Shown one piece after another: positions 30,280 through 40,940 of a stretch of DNA of 64,000 bases; position 1 is the stretch's first letter, and the number at the start of each line of letters is the position of its first letter. Made by a program: the position numbers and the translations under genes. The notes under the pieces are model-generated. The model saw only the letters and a program-made list of their open reading frames with translations, was not told the DNA's origin and ran no database searches. The DNA lies in IMG/VR virus record IMGVR_UViG_3300023174_000067, positions 70,634-134,633 of that record; one strand, 5' to 3'. Origin of the DNA: a virus.

Positions 30280-30694
30280 GGATTTATACGGTAAACAATA
30301 TCAAATTCCTAATCATACTTTACAACATTTGAAAAAGTATGAAGCTAATGAAACTATTGGTAACTTATTATCATCAGGTAATATTTCATATTCATTATTA
30401 AAAAAAATGAAACATAGAATGGAAAATGGGGAAAAAGATAGTTTGGGTGGTGACCATATGTTAGGTTGGATTAACCAATCATTAAATTCAGATAGAAGTA
30501 GTTTAGAAACATCTAAAGAAACAAAATCTGATACGGGGATTGCTAACGCATATAACAAACCACATAGTAAAAGTGACTCAAAAAATTTAAACGCTTTAAA
30601 TAGACCGAGTAAAAATCATCATGATTTTAGTTCGGATATTAAAATAACTGAATCCTTAAAAAGAATAAACGAAATAATATCAAAAATTATTTAA
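30272..30694 (+). CDS. Hypothetical protein
   Basis: 140 aa, overlapping coupling with the upstream gene; ends ITESLKRINEII. Confidence 0.6.
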   Translation: MNKDLYGKQYQIPNHTLQHLKKYEANETIGNLLSSGNISYSLLKKMKHRMENGEKDSLGGDHMLGWINQSLNSDRSSLETSKETKSDTGIANAYNKPHSKSDSKNLNALNRPSKNHHDFSSDIKITESLKRINEIISKII

Positions 30695-30696
30695 TT

Positions 30697-30987
30697 ATGC
30701 CAGTATTAGAACCAGTAGACGCATCACAAAATGAAAAAAATTTATTAACACAATTTGCAGATGCTGAAAGAAAAAAATTAATAACTAAAAATGATTACAC
30801 AGTATCAAATCAGTATTCATCTACAAACCCTGACGCAGTTGCTGATGGTGATGAAAAAGGAAGAGGAACTGGTAACTTTTTAGATGTATACAATCAAGTT
30901 GCGGGAACTAAAACCGACACTGTTGAGAGAAAAAACGAAATTAAAATAAACAAGTATAACGCAAGTAAGACTTATCCTGATTTTTAA
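30697..30987 (+). CDS. Hypothetical protein
   Basis: 96 aa ORF in the operon. Confidence 0.6.
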   Translation: MPVLEPVDASQNEKNLLTQFADAERKKLITKNDYTVSNQYSSTNPDAVADGDEKGRGTGNFLDVYNQVAGTKTDTVERKNEIKINKYNASKTYPDF

Positions 30988-31397
30988 TGAAACTTTTAGG
31001 AACCTTTAAAAAACTAATAGTAGAAGCTGCAACTCTTGAAGATTTAATTCGTGCAATTAAACAAAGACAAAAACTAATCATCTATTACGATGGCGACGAG
31101 CCAGGTGGTAGAGGATTGCGTGAAATTGAACCTGTTTGTATTGGTGTTAGTAAAGCGAATAATAAAGTGTTAAGAGCTTGGGACAAAGAGGGGTCTTCTC
31201 ACACCGCATACAAAGGAGAACAACCTTTACCTGGATGGAGATTGTTTAGAATTGATAAAATATTATCTTCTAAACCTACAGGTGAAGTTTACAATGAACC
31301 AAGACCTAATTATAATTCAAATGGAGATAGGAGTATGGTGAGCGTAATAATAAACGCAAAATTTGATGAAAATCAACCAGAAGAAAATTTAGCATAA
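30987..31397 (+). CDS. Stand-alone WYL-domain protein
   Basis: I.Y...R.IEP..G...LRAW...WRLFR.DKI is the WYL pattern; no HTH domain. Confidence 0.75.
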   Translation: MKLLGTFKKLIVEAATLEDLIRAIKQRQKLIIYYDGDEPGGRGLREIEPVCIGVSKANNKVLRAWDKEGSSHTAYKGEQPLPGWRLFRIDKILSSKPTGEVYNEPRPNYNSNGDRSMVSVIINAKFDENQPEENLA

Positions 31398-31398
31398 T

Positions 31399-31977
31399 AT
31401 GAGTACTAATTTAATGGAAAAATTGGCAATATCAAAAGCCATCATGGACAAACATAATAATATTAACAGAGGACAAGTTCCTTCTCAAAGTTTTAATATA
31501 CAACAACCTGAACTACAAGAGTTTCAAGCACCAACGGCTAATTATAATATTCCGCAAGAATTAATGACAGAAACTAAATCAATACCATCAAATCCACAAC
31601 CAGCATCAAAAGATAGAATTTTAAATTCAAGACTGCCTGATGAAATTAAAAAACTAATGATTGAAAATCCAATCACCCAAGTGAATCCAATGTCACCATC
31701 TAATTCTGTTTTATCTGACGAATTAGTTGAAAAAGCATCAAAATTAATGGGAACTAAAAGACCTCAACCACAACAACAATCACAAATACAACCGCAAAGA
31801 CAAAATGTAAGAGACAATGATGATTTAAGACAAATGATGAAAGAAGTGGTTGAAGAGGTTTTAAGGGAAAATGGGTTATTAATGGAAAAATCTTCAAATA
31901 CTAATGAATCTATAGCTATTAAAGTTGGTCAACACATATTTGAAGGTAAAATCTCAAAAATAAAAAAAACAAAGTAA
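31399..31977 (+). CDS. Hypothetical Q/P-rich protein
   Basis: 192 aa ORF in the operon. Confidence 0.6.
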   Translation: MSTNLMEKLAISKAIMDKHNNINRGQVPSQSFNIQQPELQEFQAPTANYNIPQELMTETKSIPSNPQPASKDRILNSRLPDEIKKLMIENPITQVNPMSPSNSVLSDELVEKASKLMGTKRPQPQQQSQIQPQRQNVRDNDDLRQMMKEVVEEVLRENGLLMEKSSNTNESIAIKVGQHIFEGKISKIKKTK

Positions 31978-32025
31978 TTCTTTCTTTATTTAGTTTTTTT
32001 ACGTATTTTTTAAAAAAACTAAATA

Positions 32026-33240
32026 ATGTCAAAAATTAATGTATTAGTATTACCAAGTGATAAAACAGGTGTTGGTAAATTTCGCTCTGTTGACCCTCAC
32101 ATCTTTCTTCAAAACATGTATCCCGATGACTTTCATGTGGATATAGATTACTCTCCTAACATTCAGGACCCAAATTATTGGAAAAAATATCAAATAGTTC
32201 ATATTCATCGTAATATAGGACAAGATTATGATAACTGTCCAAAAATATTACAATGGTTAAAATCTATGGGTATTATAACTGTTGTTGATATTGATGATTA
32301 TTGGATGCCAACTAAAGAACATCCTATCTACGAAATCATTAGAACCGCTAAGTTAAATGAAAAAATAACGGCAAATTTAAAAGCCGCGGAATATGTAACC
32401 ACAACTACATCTATATTTGCGGATGAGATAAAAAATTTAAATAAGAATGTTGTTATCTTTCCAAACGCGATAAATCCAAATGAACCACAATTTAAAGAAC
32501 CAACACTACCAAGTGATAAATTAAGAATTGGGTGGTTAGGAGGTTCTTCTCACTTACATGATTTGATGTTGATGGAACAATCCATGTCAAAATTAAGTAA
32601 TGAAAGAAATGATTTACAATTTGTATTATGTGGTTTTGATACTAGAGGTACAATTACTGAAATTAATCAAGAAACAGGAGAACAAAAACAAAGAGCTATT
32701 AAACCCGAAGAAACTGTTTGGGTTAAATATGAACAAATTGTTACCGATGGTTATTATGGATTATCTGATGATTATATAAAACATTTAAAAAAATATAAAG
32801 AAGAAGAATATAATAACGAAGAAAACGAATTATATCGTAGAGTTTGGACAAGACCTGTTACATCATACGCTAAAAATTATTCAAAATTCGATGTATCTTT
32901 AGCCCCAATTAAAAATCATATCTTTAACAGAGTTAAATCTCAATTAAAAGTAATTGAGGCTGGTTTCTATAAGAAAGCAATAATTGCTTCAGATATTGGT
33001 CCATATACTATTGATTTAAATCATGCATTAAAAAATGGTAATTTTACTGATGGTAATGCATTATTGGTTGATGAAAATAGAAATCATAGTGATTGGTATA
33101 AATTTATAAAAAAATTAAACGATAATAGAAATTTTGCCGTAGATTTGGGTGAAAGATTATATGAAACAGTTAAAGATAGATACGATTTAAATGTCGTTAC
33201 TAAAGCTAGAGCAGAATGGTACAAATCACTTATAAAATAA
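32026..33240 (+). CDS. GT-B (GT4-like) glycosyltransferase
   Basis: DIDDYW, VTTT, PNAI, IGWLGGSSH..D, FN..KS.LK.IEAG and IASD.GPY motifs. Confidence 0.8.
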   Translation: MSKINVLVLPSDKTGVGKFRSVDPHIFLQNMYPDDFHVDIDYSPNIQDPNYWKKYQIVHIHRNIGQDYDNCPKILQWLKSMGIITVVDIDDYWMPTKEHPIYEIIRTAKLNEKITANLKAAEYVTTTTSIFADEIKNLNKNVVIFPNAINPNEPQFKEPTLPSDKLRIGWLGGSSHLHDLMLMEQSMSKLSNERNDLQFVLCGFDTRGTITEINQETGEQKQRAIKPEETVWVKYEQIVTDGYYGLSDDYIKHLKKYKEEEYNNEENELYRRVWTRPVTSYAKNYSKFDVSLAPIKNHIFNRVKSQLKVIEAGFYKKAIIASDIGPYTIDLNHALKNGNFTDGNALLVDENRNHSDWYKFIKKLNDNRNFAVDLGERLYETVKDRYDLNVVTKARAEWYKSLIK

Positions 33241-33244
33241 TTTT

Positions 33245-33949
33245 ATGATAAAAATACCCTTAACAAAAATTTTATTTTTGGATATTGAAACAGTTGGTGG
33301 TTGTAAAAACTACGAAGATTGTAAAAAAAACAATCCTAAAGTTGCTGACCAGTATATTAAATATATTGATTGGTTTCAGAAAAGATTTCCTGAAGACTCG
33401 GAATTATCTTTAGATGAGATTTTTGTTAGAAGGGCGGCACTAGTTCCTGAGTTTGCAAAAATAGTTTGTGTAAGCGTTGCATTTGTAACTGATAAAGAAG
33501 AAGTTAAAACACAAACATTCTCAGGTGACGATGAAAAACAATTACTTAAAGATTGTCAAAAATTATTAGATAGATGTGGAAAATTAGATTTCTTCTTATG
33601 TGGACATAATTTGAAAAATTTTGATATCCCAATGTTAGCAAAAAGAATGATTATCAATGGACTTATGCCACCGTCAATACTTCCAAGTTATGATACAAAG
33701 CCTTGGGAAATCAAAGCAATAGATACTAAAGAAATTTGGCAATACGGAGCATATACATCAATTGGTTCGTTAGATTTACTTTGTACTACAATGGATATTC
33801 CAACACCAAAAGACGGAGATGTAACTGGAGATAAGGTTCATCAAGCTTATTGGGAAGAAAATAAATTAAAAGAGATATCAGAATATTGTGAAAAAGATGT
33901 TCACGTACTAATTGATATTATTAAAAAATTAAAAAACTTAGAAATATGA
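33245..33949 (+). CDS. Stand-alone PolB-related 3'-5' exonuclease (DEDDy)
   Basis: LDIET, GHNLKNFDIP and YCEKDV motifs. Confidence 0.85.
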   Translation: MIKIPLTKILFLDIETVGGCKNYEDCKKNNPKVADQYIKYIDWFQKRFPEDSELSLDEIFVRRAALVPEFAKIVCVSVAFVTDKEEVKTQTFSGDDEKQLLKDCQKLLDRCGKLDFFLCGHNLKNFDIPMLAKRMIINGLMPPSILPSYDTKPWEIKAIDTKEIWQYGAYTSIGSLDLLCTTMDIPTPKDGDVTGDKVHQAYWEENKLKEISEYCEKDVHVLIDIIKKLKNLEI

Positions 33950-34539
33950 TGGATACAAATGACTTTGACTATTTGTTAAATGATATGGAAGACGATATCA
34001 GTAACGAAAGATTAAAAGAGATGATGGAAAATTTAGGGGTTGATTTGGATGAAATGGAAAGAAAGTTCGCAGATTTTCACCCAAGAAGAGAATTAAGATA
34101 TGAAAAAATATCTGAGGATGCTGTTGACCCTAAATACAATTATCCTTCAGATTCAGGGTTTGATTTATACTCAACTCAAGATTTAGAAATAGGACCTTTT
34201 GGTAGAATTTTAGTCCCAACAGGATTAAAATTTGATATACCTGATGGTACTGAAATTCAAGTAAGACCTAAAAGTGGTTTAGCAATTAAACAAGGATTAA
34301 CCGTTTTAAATACACCTGGAACCGTAGATTCAGGATACAACGGAGAAGTACAGGTTATTGTTTTCAATACTAATAATTATTCTGTAACAATACCAAAAGG
34401 TATGAAGGTAGCTCAGGCAGTTTTATGTCCCGTTGTTAACGGAGATTGGGTTGAACTAATAAACGTAAAATCTGTAGACGAAAAAGATAGAGGTGATAAT
34501 GGATTTGGTTCTACAGGTATTTTTGATTTACTTAAATAA
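33946..34539 (+). CDS. dut: dUTPase (trimeric)
   Basis: SGFDL, RPKSGLA, GTVDSGYNGE, AQAV and RGDNGFGSTG (motifs I-V). Confidence 0.95.
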   Translation: MMDTNDFDYLLNDMEDDISNERLKEMMENLGVDLDEMERKFADFHPRRELRYEKISEDAVDPKYNYPSDSGFDLYSTQDLEIGPFGRILVPTGLKFDIPDGTEIQVRPKSGLAIKQGLTVLNTPGTVDSGYNGEVQVIVFNTNNYSVTIPKGMKVAQAVLCPVVNGDWVELINVKSVDEKDRGDNGFGSTGIFDLLK

Positions 34540-34542
34540 TTT

Positions 34543-35088
34543 ATGAAAAAAATTTTTATTGACGGTGGAGCCAGAGTTGGTGAAACTATCGAACTACTAT
34601 TAAACCATAGAGAAGATTTAAAAGGTTGTGATGTTTATTTTTTCGAATGTAATGAGGCTCATCATGAAACATTATTAGATATAAAAGAAAATAATAAAGA
34701 TTATAATTTTTTTGTTAGAACAGAAGCTCTGTGGGATAAAGAAGATATTATGGATTTTTATATCTCAGTTGACCAATGGGGGGACTTAGGATGTACTTTA
34801 GACCCAACAAAAAGAGAAAAATTAGATTTAGATAACCCTAAACAAGTAAAAACTATTAGATTTTCTGATTTTTTAAATCAATTTTCAGATGATGACTATA
34901 TTATAGTTAAATTAGACATTGAAGGTGCGGAATATAATGTTGTTAGTGATTTATTATCATCAGGTACTATAAATAAAATAAATGAGATTTATATTGAATG
35001 GCACGATGGATTTTTTAATAAAAATTCAACTCAACTTAAACACGAATTATCTAAATTAGATATAATAGTTAATAATAATTGGATGTAA
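34543..35088 (+). CDS. FkbM-family methyltransferase
   Basis: FIDGGA..G, FE and KLDIEGAEY motifs. Confidence 0.85.
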   Translation: MKKIFIDGGARVGETIELLLNHREDLKGCDVYFFECNEAHHETLLDIKENNKDYNFFVRTEALWDKEDIMDFYISVDQWGDLGCTLDPTKREKLDLDNPKQVKTIRFSDFLNQFSDDDYIIVKLDIEGAEYNVVSDLLSSGTINKINEIYIEWHDGFFNKNSTQLKHELSKLDIIVNNNWM

Positions 35089-35091
35089 CGT

Positions 35092-35925
35092 ATGGAAAAA
35101 ATAGATGTTTGTATAAATGTTTTTGGTAAACCATGGCAAACCTTATGCACATTAAAAAGTTTAATGAAACATAGTGGTTATTTAATCGATAAAATTTTTC
35201 TTATTAAAGAAAAAGAACAACCTTATAATGAAAATATTGATTGGATTTTTGATTATTTTGATAATGTAATAATATACACACCAAACAATTATATATTCAC
35301 TAAGTTTCACACAAATAATTTTGATGAATCTGATAGACATTCTGTTAGATATCAATATGGTATTGAAAAAAGTGATAAAAAATTCATATTCATCACACAT
35401 AATGATGTGTTGTATACTGGAGATATTATTGGTAACATGTTACTGAATATTAAAGATTCCGCAGGAATTGGAGAAATAGGACAATGTTGGAATTGCCCTG
35501 CTAAACAAGAAGGACTCTGTAGTGGTGAAAAATTTTATGATTGGAACCCAACAATTGACGAAGTATTAAATTTGAAACTTCCTCACATAAGAACAGGGTT
35601 ACATAATATTGATAGAGAAAACCCAAAGCCAATGCCTGAATGTAGACTTAATGAATGGGCGTGTTTAATTAACAGAGAAATAAATAATAAAGAAACATTC
35701 CCTAATAATAATACACCATTTTTTGGCGTTTATGGATTAGATTTAGGTGACCCTTGGTTTAAAAGTCTACACTTAAAAGGTTATAAGTTTACAGACTATC
35801 GAGAAAACTTCAAACACTCATATTGGTCCCCATTAGATGGGGGATATCCAACACAATTAAATCTGGATATTTATAAAATTGCTGAAGAAAACGCTAAAAA
35901 ATATTACGAAAATAATTTTAAATAA
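35092..35925 (+). CDS. Putative GT-A glycosyltransferase
   Basis: FITHNDV (DxD-like) and RLNEW; located in a GT cluster. Confidence 0.5.
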   Translation: MEKIDVCINVFGKPWQTLCTLKSLMKHSGYLIDKIFLIKEKEQPYNENIDWIFDYFDNVIIYTPNNYIFTKFHTNNFDESDRHSVRYQYGIEKSDKKFIFITHNDVLYTGDIIGNMLLNIKDSAGIGEIGQCWNCPAKQEGLCSGEKFYDWNPTIDEVLNLKLPHIRTGLHNIDRENPKPMPECRLNEWACLINREINNKETFPNNNTPFFGVYGLDLGDPWFKSLHLKGYKFTDYRENFKHSYWSPLDGGYPTQLNLDIYKIAEENAKKYYENNFK

Positions 35926-37461
35926 ATGATAACAGTTATATATTCAACTCATAAAGACCAAGAGTACAATAAAAATTTTAAAGATAAAATATCTAAGACA
36001 ATTGGTATAAAAGATTTCCAAATATTGGAGTATGTTAATATGAACCAATATAGTTTGGCTGAAGTTTATAATAAAGGTATTAAAGAATCAATATTTGATG
36101 TTATTGTGTGTTGTCATAATGATATCAAATTAGAAAATGGTTGGGGTAAAAAATTACTACGTGATTTTGAAAATAACCCTGACTACGGAATAATTGGTAA
36201 AGCAGGGTCTTGTTATTTTCCAGAATCAGGGATTTATTGGGAAAGAATGAATTTAACAATGGTTGGTCAAGTTTATCATCATCCTATAGGTCAAAATAAG
36301 TGGTTAAACAAATATTCGGCCAAATTACCTTTTTTAATTCCTGTAGTAACAATAGATGGATTGTTTATTTCATTTGATAAAACCAAAATAAAACACACAT
36401 TTGACGAAACAATTGGTAGATTTCATTTTTATGACCATCTATTTTGTTTACCGAATTATTTGGATGGAGTTAAGATTGGTGTTACCAGTTCTTTTGATAT
36501 TACCCACGAATCAGTAGGACAACCCAATCAAGAATTTTGGGAGAGTAAAGATAAATTTATTGAAAAATGGGGAAGTCATTTACCATTAGATTTAAAACCA
36601 AAAGAGATATTTGTTGAACAGATAAAGGAAATTAAATTAAAAAACATAAAAAAGGTTGCGGTTATAATACCAACAAAAGGAAAAACAAATATCTTATTCA
36701 ACTGTTTAAATTCTTTTATTGATAATTGTAACTTCAACACTTATGAGATATTTGTTGCGGATACAGGCTCATCTGACGATGAAAAAACACAAATAAAAGA
36801 ATTCATTTCCTCAAATACAGATAAAGTTAAAATAAATTTAATTGAATATGATTACTATAATTTTGCAAAAATCAATAATGATGTTGTAAAAAATTATATA
36901 AAGGATGATTTTGAATTTTTATTATTTTGTAATAATGATGTTAAATTATTAAATAACGTTATTTACGAAATGACAAACATCTTCAAAGAAAATAAAAATA
37001 CAGGTACCGTAGGGGCTAGATTGTTTTTTGAAAATAATACAGTGCAACATGATAGTATCATTATGATTTTAGAAAAAACTAAAGACCGTGGTAATACTTT
37101 ACACGTTACCCATGATAATTTACAATCATATTACAAATACACAACAAACACTAAAGAAGTTCTTGGTAGTACGGGTGCTTTACTTATGATACGTAAAAAT
37201 TTATTCATTAAATGTGATATGTTTAATGAAAATTATACTAATTGTTTTGAAGATGTTGAATTAAATTTAAAATGTCTTATATTAGGATATAAGAATTACC
37301 TTTCGGGTAAATCGGTGGCATATCACTATGAATCATTAACGAGGAAGGAAGACCCCGATAATATAAAAAAATTAAATGAAGATTATAGTAATAATTTACT
37401 TCCATTTATTAATATGAATTTTGATAAATTAAAAGATAAAATGTTATATAATATAAAATAA
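35926..37461 (+). CDS. Tandem GT2-like glycosyltransferase
   Basis: YNKG...CHNDI...DGLF...FHFYD in the N-terminal half; IIPTK, DTGS, NNDV, TGALL and EDVE in the C-terminal half. Confidence 0.85.
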   Translation: MITVIYSTHKDQEYNKNFKDKISKTIGIKDFQILEYVNMNQYSLAEVYNKGIKESIFDVIVCCHNDIKLENGWGKKLLRDFENNPDYGIIGKAGSCYFPESGIYWERMNLTMVGQVYHHPIGQNKWLNKYSAKLPFLIPVVTIDGLFISFDKTKIKHTFDETIGRFHFYDHLFCLPNYLDGVKIGVTSSFDITHESVGQPNQEFWESKDKFIEKWGSHLPLDLKPKEIFVEQIKEIKLKNIKKVAVIIPTKGKTNILFNCLNSFIDNCNFNTYEIFVADTGSSDDEKTQIKEFISSNTDKVKINLIEYDYYNFAKINNDVVKNYIKDDFEFLLFCNNDVKLLNNVIYEMTNIFKENKNTGTVGARLFFENNTVQHDSIIMILEKTKDRGNTLHVTHDNLQSYYKYTTNTKEVLGSTGALLMIRKNLFIKCDMFNENYTNCFEDVELNLKCLILGYKNYLSGKSVAYHYESLTRKEDPDNIKKLNEDYSNNLLPFINMNFDKLKDKMLYNIK

Positions 37462-37464
37462 ATT

Positions 37465-38130
37465 ATGATTATAATAGCTACAAATAACGGTCATTTGTAC
37501 CTTGAAAAACTTTTATTTGACTTTGAAAATTTCTTTATTAATAAAGAAATTTGTTTAATTGATACTGGTAGCACTGACGAAGAAAGTTTAAAATTTTTAG
37601 ATAAAATTAAAAATAAAAAAATTTTTTCTAAATTATCTATACAAACTTTAGAAACACCATATAAAGGATATGATAGCGGAGCCTATATTTACGCAATGAA
37701 AAATATAAATTCTGATAAATATTATTTTATACAAGACTCAATTTCTATAAAAAACAAAGATTTTTTCGATGATATTGATAAAAAATTGAAGGATAACACA
37801 GTTGTTGGTATTATTTATTTTGATTCTAACTTTTATGATAATGAAGAACAAGTTAATTTTTGTAGTAATAAATTTGGAGTCAAAGATTTTGATTTAGGTA
37901 TTTTTGGACCAATGTTTGCAATAACTAAAAATGATGTAAATAAAATAATTCAAGATTTGAATTATTTCCCATCAAATAAAAATGAACAATGTGCAATGGA
38001 AAGATGTTGGCCAGCACTTTTTAAAAGTAAAGATATTCAAGTTGAATTTTTAGACGGGAATCATAATAATAGAATATTTGAAACAAACGGATATAAATAC
38101 CTCAATAAACAATTCGCAAACAGAATTTAA
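37465..38130 (+). CDS. Putative GT-A glycosyltransferase
   Basis: IDTGSTD, GYDSGA, FIQDS and MER motifs. Confidence 0.55.
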   Translation: MIIIATNNGHLYLEKLLFDFENFFINKEICLIDTGSTDEESLKFLDKIKNKKIFSKLSIQTLETPYKGYDSGAYIYAMKNINSDKYYFIQDSISIKNKDFFDDIDKKLKDNTVVGIIYFDSNFYDNEEQVNFCSNKFGVKDFDLGIFGPMFAITKNDVNKIIQDLNYFPSNKNEQCAMERCWPALFKSKDIQVEFLDGNHNNRIFETNGYKYLNKQFANRI

Positions 38131-38133
38131 AAA

Positions 38134-39507
38134 ATGATAAAATTAATAATCTTTGACCTTGATGGCGTTTTAGTTGATGCTAAGAATATTCACTACGAGG
38201 CGTTAAACGAGTCTCTTCCAGAAAAATACAGAATAACTTGGGATGAACATATTAGTAAGTATGATGGGTTGAAAACAAATCAGAAACTCGATATGTTAAC
38301 TAAATACAAGGGTTTGGAAAAAGAAAAACATAGAGATATTTGGGAAAAAAAACAAATAATAACTTTAAATAAATTACAAAATTTAAACCAATCAGATGAA
38401 CTTATAGAATGTATCAGTCAATTATCAAAAGACGGATTTAAAATTGCCTGTTGTTCAAATAGTGTACGTAAAACTATAAATACGGTTCTATCTAAGTTAG
38501 GAATTATTGAATTTTTTGATTTAATATTATCCAATGAAGACGTAACTAATTCTAAACCTCACCCTGAAATTTATTGGAAATCAATATCAAATATGAAGGT
38601 TTTACCTGAAGAAACTCTAATTATTGAAGATTCTCCTACTGGATTATTATCCGCATTTAGAAGTAATTCTTTAGTTATGAGAGTTACTTCACCTTCTGAT
38701 ATTACATATATTAAAATAAAAAATAGAATAAATAAAATAAATGAAGTCAAATATAATATGAAAAAACCAAAATGGACTGACGAGTCTTTAAATGTATTAA
38801 TACCTATGGCGGGTGCTGGTTCACGATTTGAAAAGGCGGGGTATTCGTTTCCTAAACCATTGATTGATATTAATGGAGAACCAATGATTAAATTAGTAAC
38901 TGAAAATTTAAATATGAATGCAAATTTTATTTATATTGTTCAAAAAAAACACAGGGAAATGTATAATTTAGATACGTTATTAAATTTAATATCTAATAGA
39001 TGTTATATTATTGAGGTCGATGGGATTACTGAAGGTGCTGCGTGTACCACTTTACTTGCCAAAACTTTAATAGATAATGATAGTCCATTAATTATGGCAA
39101 ATTCCGACCAATTTGTTGAGTGGGATTCAAATGAGTTTATGTATAAAATGAATGAAAATAATTGTGATGGAGGAATCGTTACTTTTAATTCAACTCATCC
39201 AAAATGGTCTTTTGTGAAATTAGATGACAATGGATTTGTTACAGAAGTTGCAGAAAAAAACCCAATATCAGATATTGCAACTGTTGGAATTTATTTTTGG
39301 AAAAAAGGGTCAGATTACGTAAAATACGCTGAAAAAATGATTGAAAAAAATATAAGAATTAATAATGAATTTTATGTTTGCCCAGTTTTTAATCAAGCTA
39401 TTGAAGATGGTAAAAAAATAATAACACACCAAATAGATAAAATGCTTGGATTGGGTACTCCCGAAGATTTAAATAATTTTTTAAAAAACTATAACCATGG
39501 ATATTAA
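38134..39507 (+). CDS. HAD phosphatase fused to a sugar-phosphate nucleotidyltransferase
   Basis: FDLDGVLVD, KPHP and EDS (HAD); IPMAGAGSRF...PKPLI, EK and LGTPEDL (NTP transferase). Confidence 0.88.
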   Translation: MIKLIIFDLDGVLVDAKNIHYEALNESLPEKYRITWDEHISKYDGLKTNQKLDMLTKYKGLEKEKHRDIWEKKQIITLNKLQNLNQSDELIECISQLSKDGFKIACCSNSVRKTINTVLSKLGIIEFFDLILSNEDVTNSKPHPEIYWKSISNMKVLPEETLIIEDSPTGLLSAFRSNSLVMRVTSPSDITYIKIKNRINKINEVKYNMKKPKWTDESLNVLIPMAGAGSRFEKAGYSFPKPLIDINGEPMIKLVTENLNMNANFIYIVQKKHREMYNLDTLLNLISNRCYIIEVDGITEGAACTTLLAKTLIDNDSPLIMANSDQFVEWDSNEFMYKMNENNCDGGIVTFNSTHPKWSFVKLDDNGFVTEVAEKNPISDIATVGIYFWKKGSDYVKYAEKMIEKNIRINNEFYVCPVFNQAIEDGKKIITHQIDKMLGLGTPEDLNNFLKNYNHGY

Positions 39508-40192
39508 AAATTTAGAAATTACAGAAATTAAACAAAGTTTATTTGATAATTTTAATGAATTTATAATGAGTTCGGATAAAAGAGTGTTTAATAAACTTAT
39601 TGCAAGAACTTTATTATATAATGAAATAAAAGATATACCTGGAGACATTGTTGAATGTGGGGTATTTAAAGGGTCAGGTATGTTTACTTTTTTAAAACTA
39701 AAAAACATATTCAATCCTAATAGCTCAAAGAAAGTAATTGGATTTGATTTTTTTGATACTTCAGAATTGTTACAAACACTAGAATTAAATAATGACAAAG
39801 AATCAATGTCGGCATTATTTAACGGCAGAAATTTTGAACATGACGAATCATATAAACTTTTTTTAGAAGATAAAATACTATCTTGCGGGTTTTCAAAGGA
39901 TGATTTTTTATTAGTTCAAGGTGATATTACTAAAACAAGTAAAAATTTTTCAGACGAAAATCCAGGTTTAAAAATTTCATTATTATATATGGATTTAGAT
40001 TTAGAAAAACCAACATATGACACATTAAATAATTTATGGGGTAATATGAGTAAAGGAGGTATTGTGGTGTTTGATGAATATGGTTACCATAAATGGAGTG
40101 AATCCAAAGGAGTTGATAAATTCATTGAGGAAAATAATTTAAAAATTATGGGTTTAAATTATTTTTGTCCGACAGCATATATTAAAAAATAA
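39497..40192 (+). CDS. TylF/NovP-like O-methyltransferase
   Basis: PGDIVECGVFKG, GFDFF, DLD.E.PT and GGIVVFDEY motifs. Confidence 0.85.
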   Translation: MDIKNLEITEIKQSLFDNFNEFIMSSDKRVFNKLIARTLLYNEIKDIPGDIVECGVFKGSGMFTFLKLKNIFNPNSSKKVIGFDFFDTSELLQTLELNNDKESMSALFNGRNFEHDESYKLFLEDKILSCGFSKDDFLLVQGDITKTSKNFSDENPGLKISLLYMDLDLEKPTYDTLNNLWGNMSKGGIVVFDEYGYHKWSESKGVDKFIEENNLKIMGLNYFCPTAYIKK

Positions 40193-40196
40193 TAGT

Positions 40197-40934
40197 ATGA
40201 AAAGAGTGGCAATATGTCTCAAAGGAGCGGTAAGTAAAATAGGTGGTACTCATGATAGATTTTATAATAAAAATGATTTATATAGAATCGGAGAATATAT
40301 TGATTATCTTGCAGTTGCGAAATCAATATATAAACATATTGTAGAACCGAATAAAGATTATACCTTTGATTTTTTCCTACATTCTTGGAATCTTGATTTG
40401 AAAGATAATTTAATAGAATTATATAATCCAAAAAAATTTTTGTTTGAGGATAATTCATTATATAATGAGGTTATTAGTTCAATAATCAGTAATCCAAACG
40501 ATTTTGGGGGTGTTAGCGGCGGACTATCGACAAAAAAATCCATAGAATTAAAACATATTTACGAGATAGAATCTAAAATAGAATACGATTTAGTAATAAT
40601 TTACCGATATGATGTTTTACTATGGGTTGATATGTTATTAGATAACTATAATACCGACAAATACATTTATGTAAATGGGTGGGATGGGAGTAGAAACGCA
40701 GACTTTCATTTTGTCATGTCAAATGAAAATTCAAATAAATTTAAATATTTGTATGATTCTGTTAAAATATACGATAATAAACATTTGTTTCATAATTGGA
40801 TAAAAAATTATGTTTTAAATATAATAAAATGTGATTTATCTGAAGATGGAATTATTGCAGGTAAAGACCAAGAACATATGCGAGTCATTGGTAATGATGC
40901 CAAATTAAATAATATACCACATAATTATAGATAA
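40197..40934 (+). CDS. Hypothetical glycan-related protein
   Basis: VAICLKG, DFFLHSW and YDLVI..RYD pattern seen in polysaccharide-cluster proteins. Confidence 0.5.
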   Translation: MKRVAICLKGAVSKIGGTHDRFYNKNDLYRIGEYIDYLAVAKSIYKHIVEPNKDYTFDFFLHSWNLDLKDNLIELYNPKKFLFEDNSLYNEVISSIISNPNDFGGVSGGLSTKKSIELKHIYEIESKIEYDLVIIYRYDVLLWVDMLLDNYNTDKYIYVNGWDGSRNADFHFVMSNENSNKFKYLYDSVKIYDNKHLFHNWIKNYVLNIIKCDLSEDGIIAGKDQEHMRVIGNDAKLNNIPHNYR

Positions 40935-40940
40935 ATTTAA

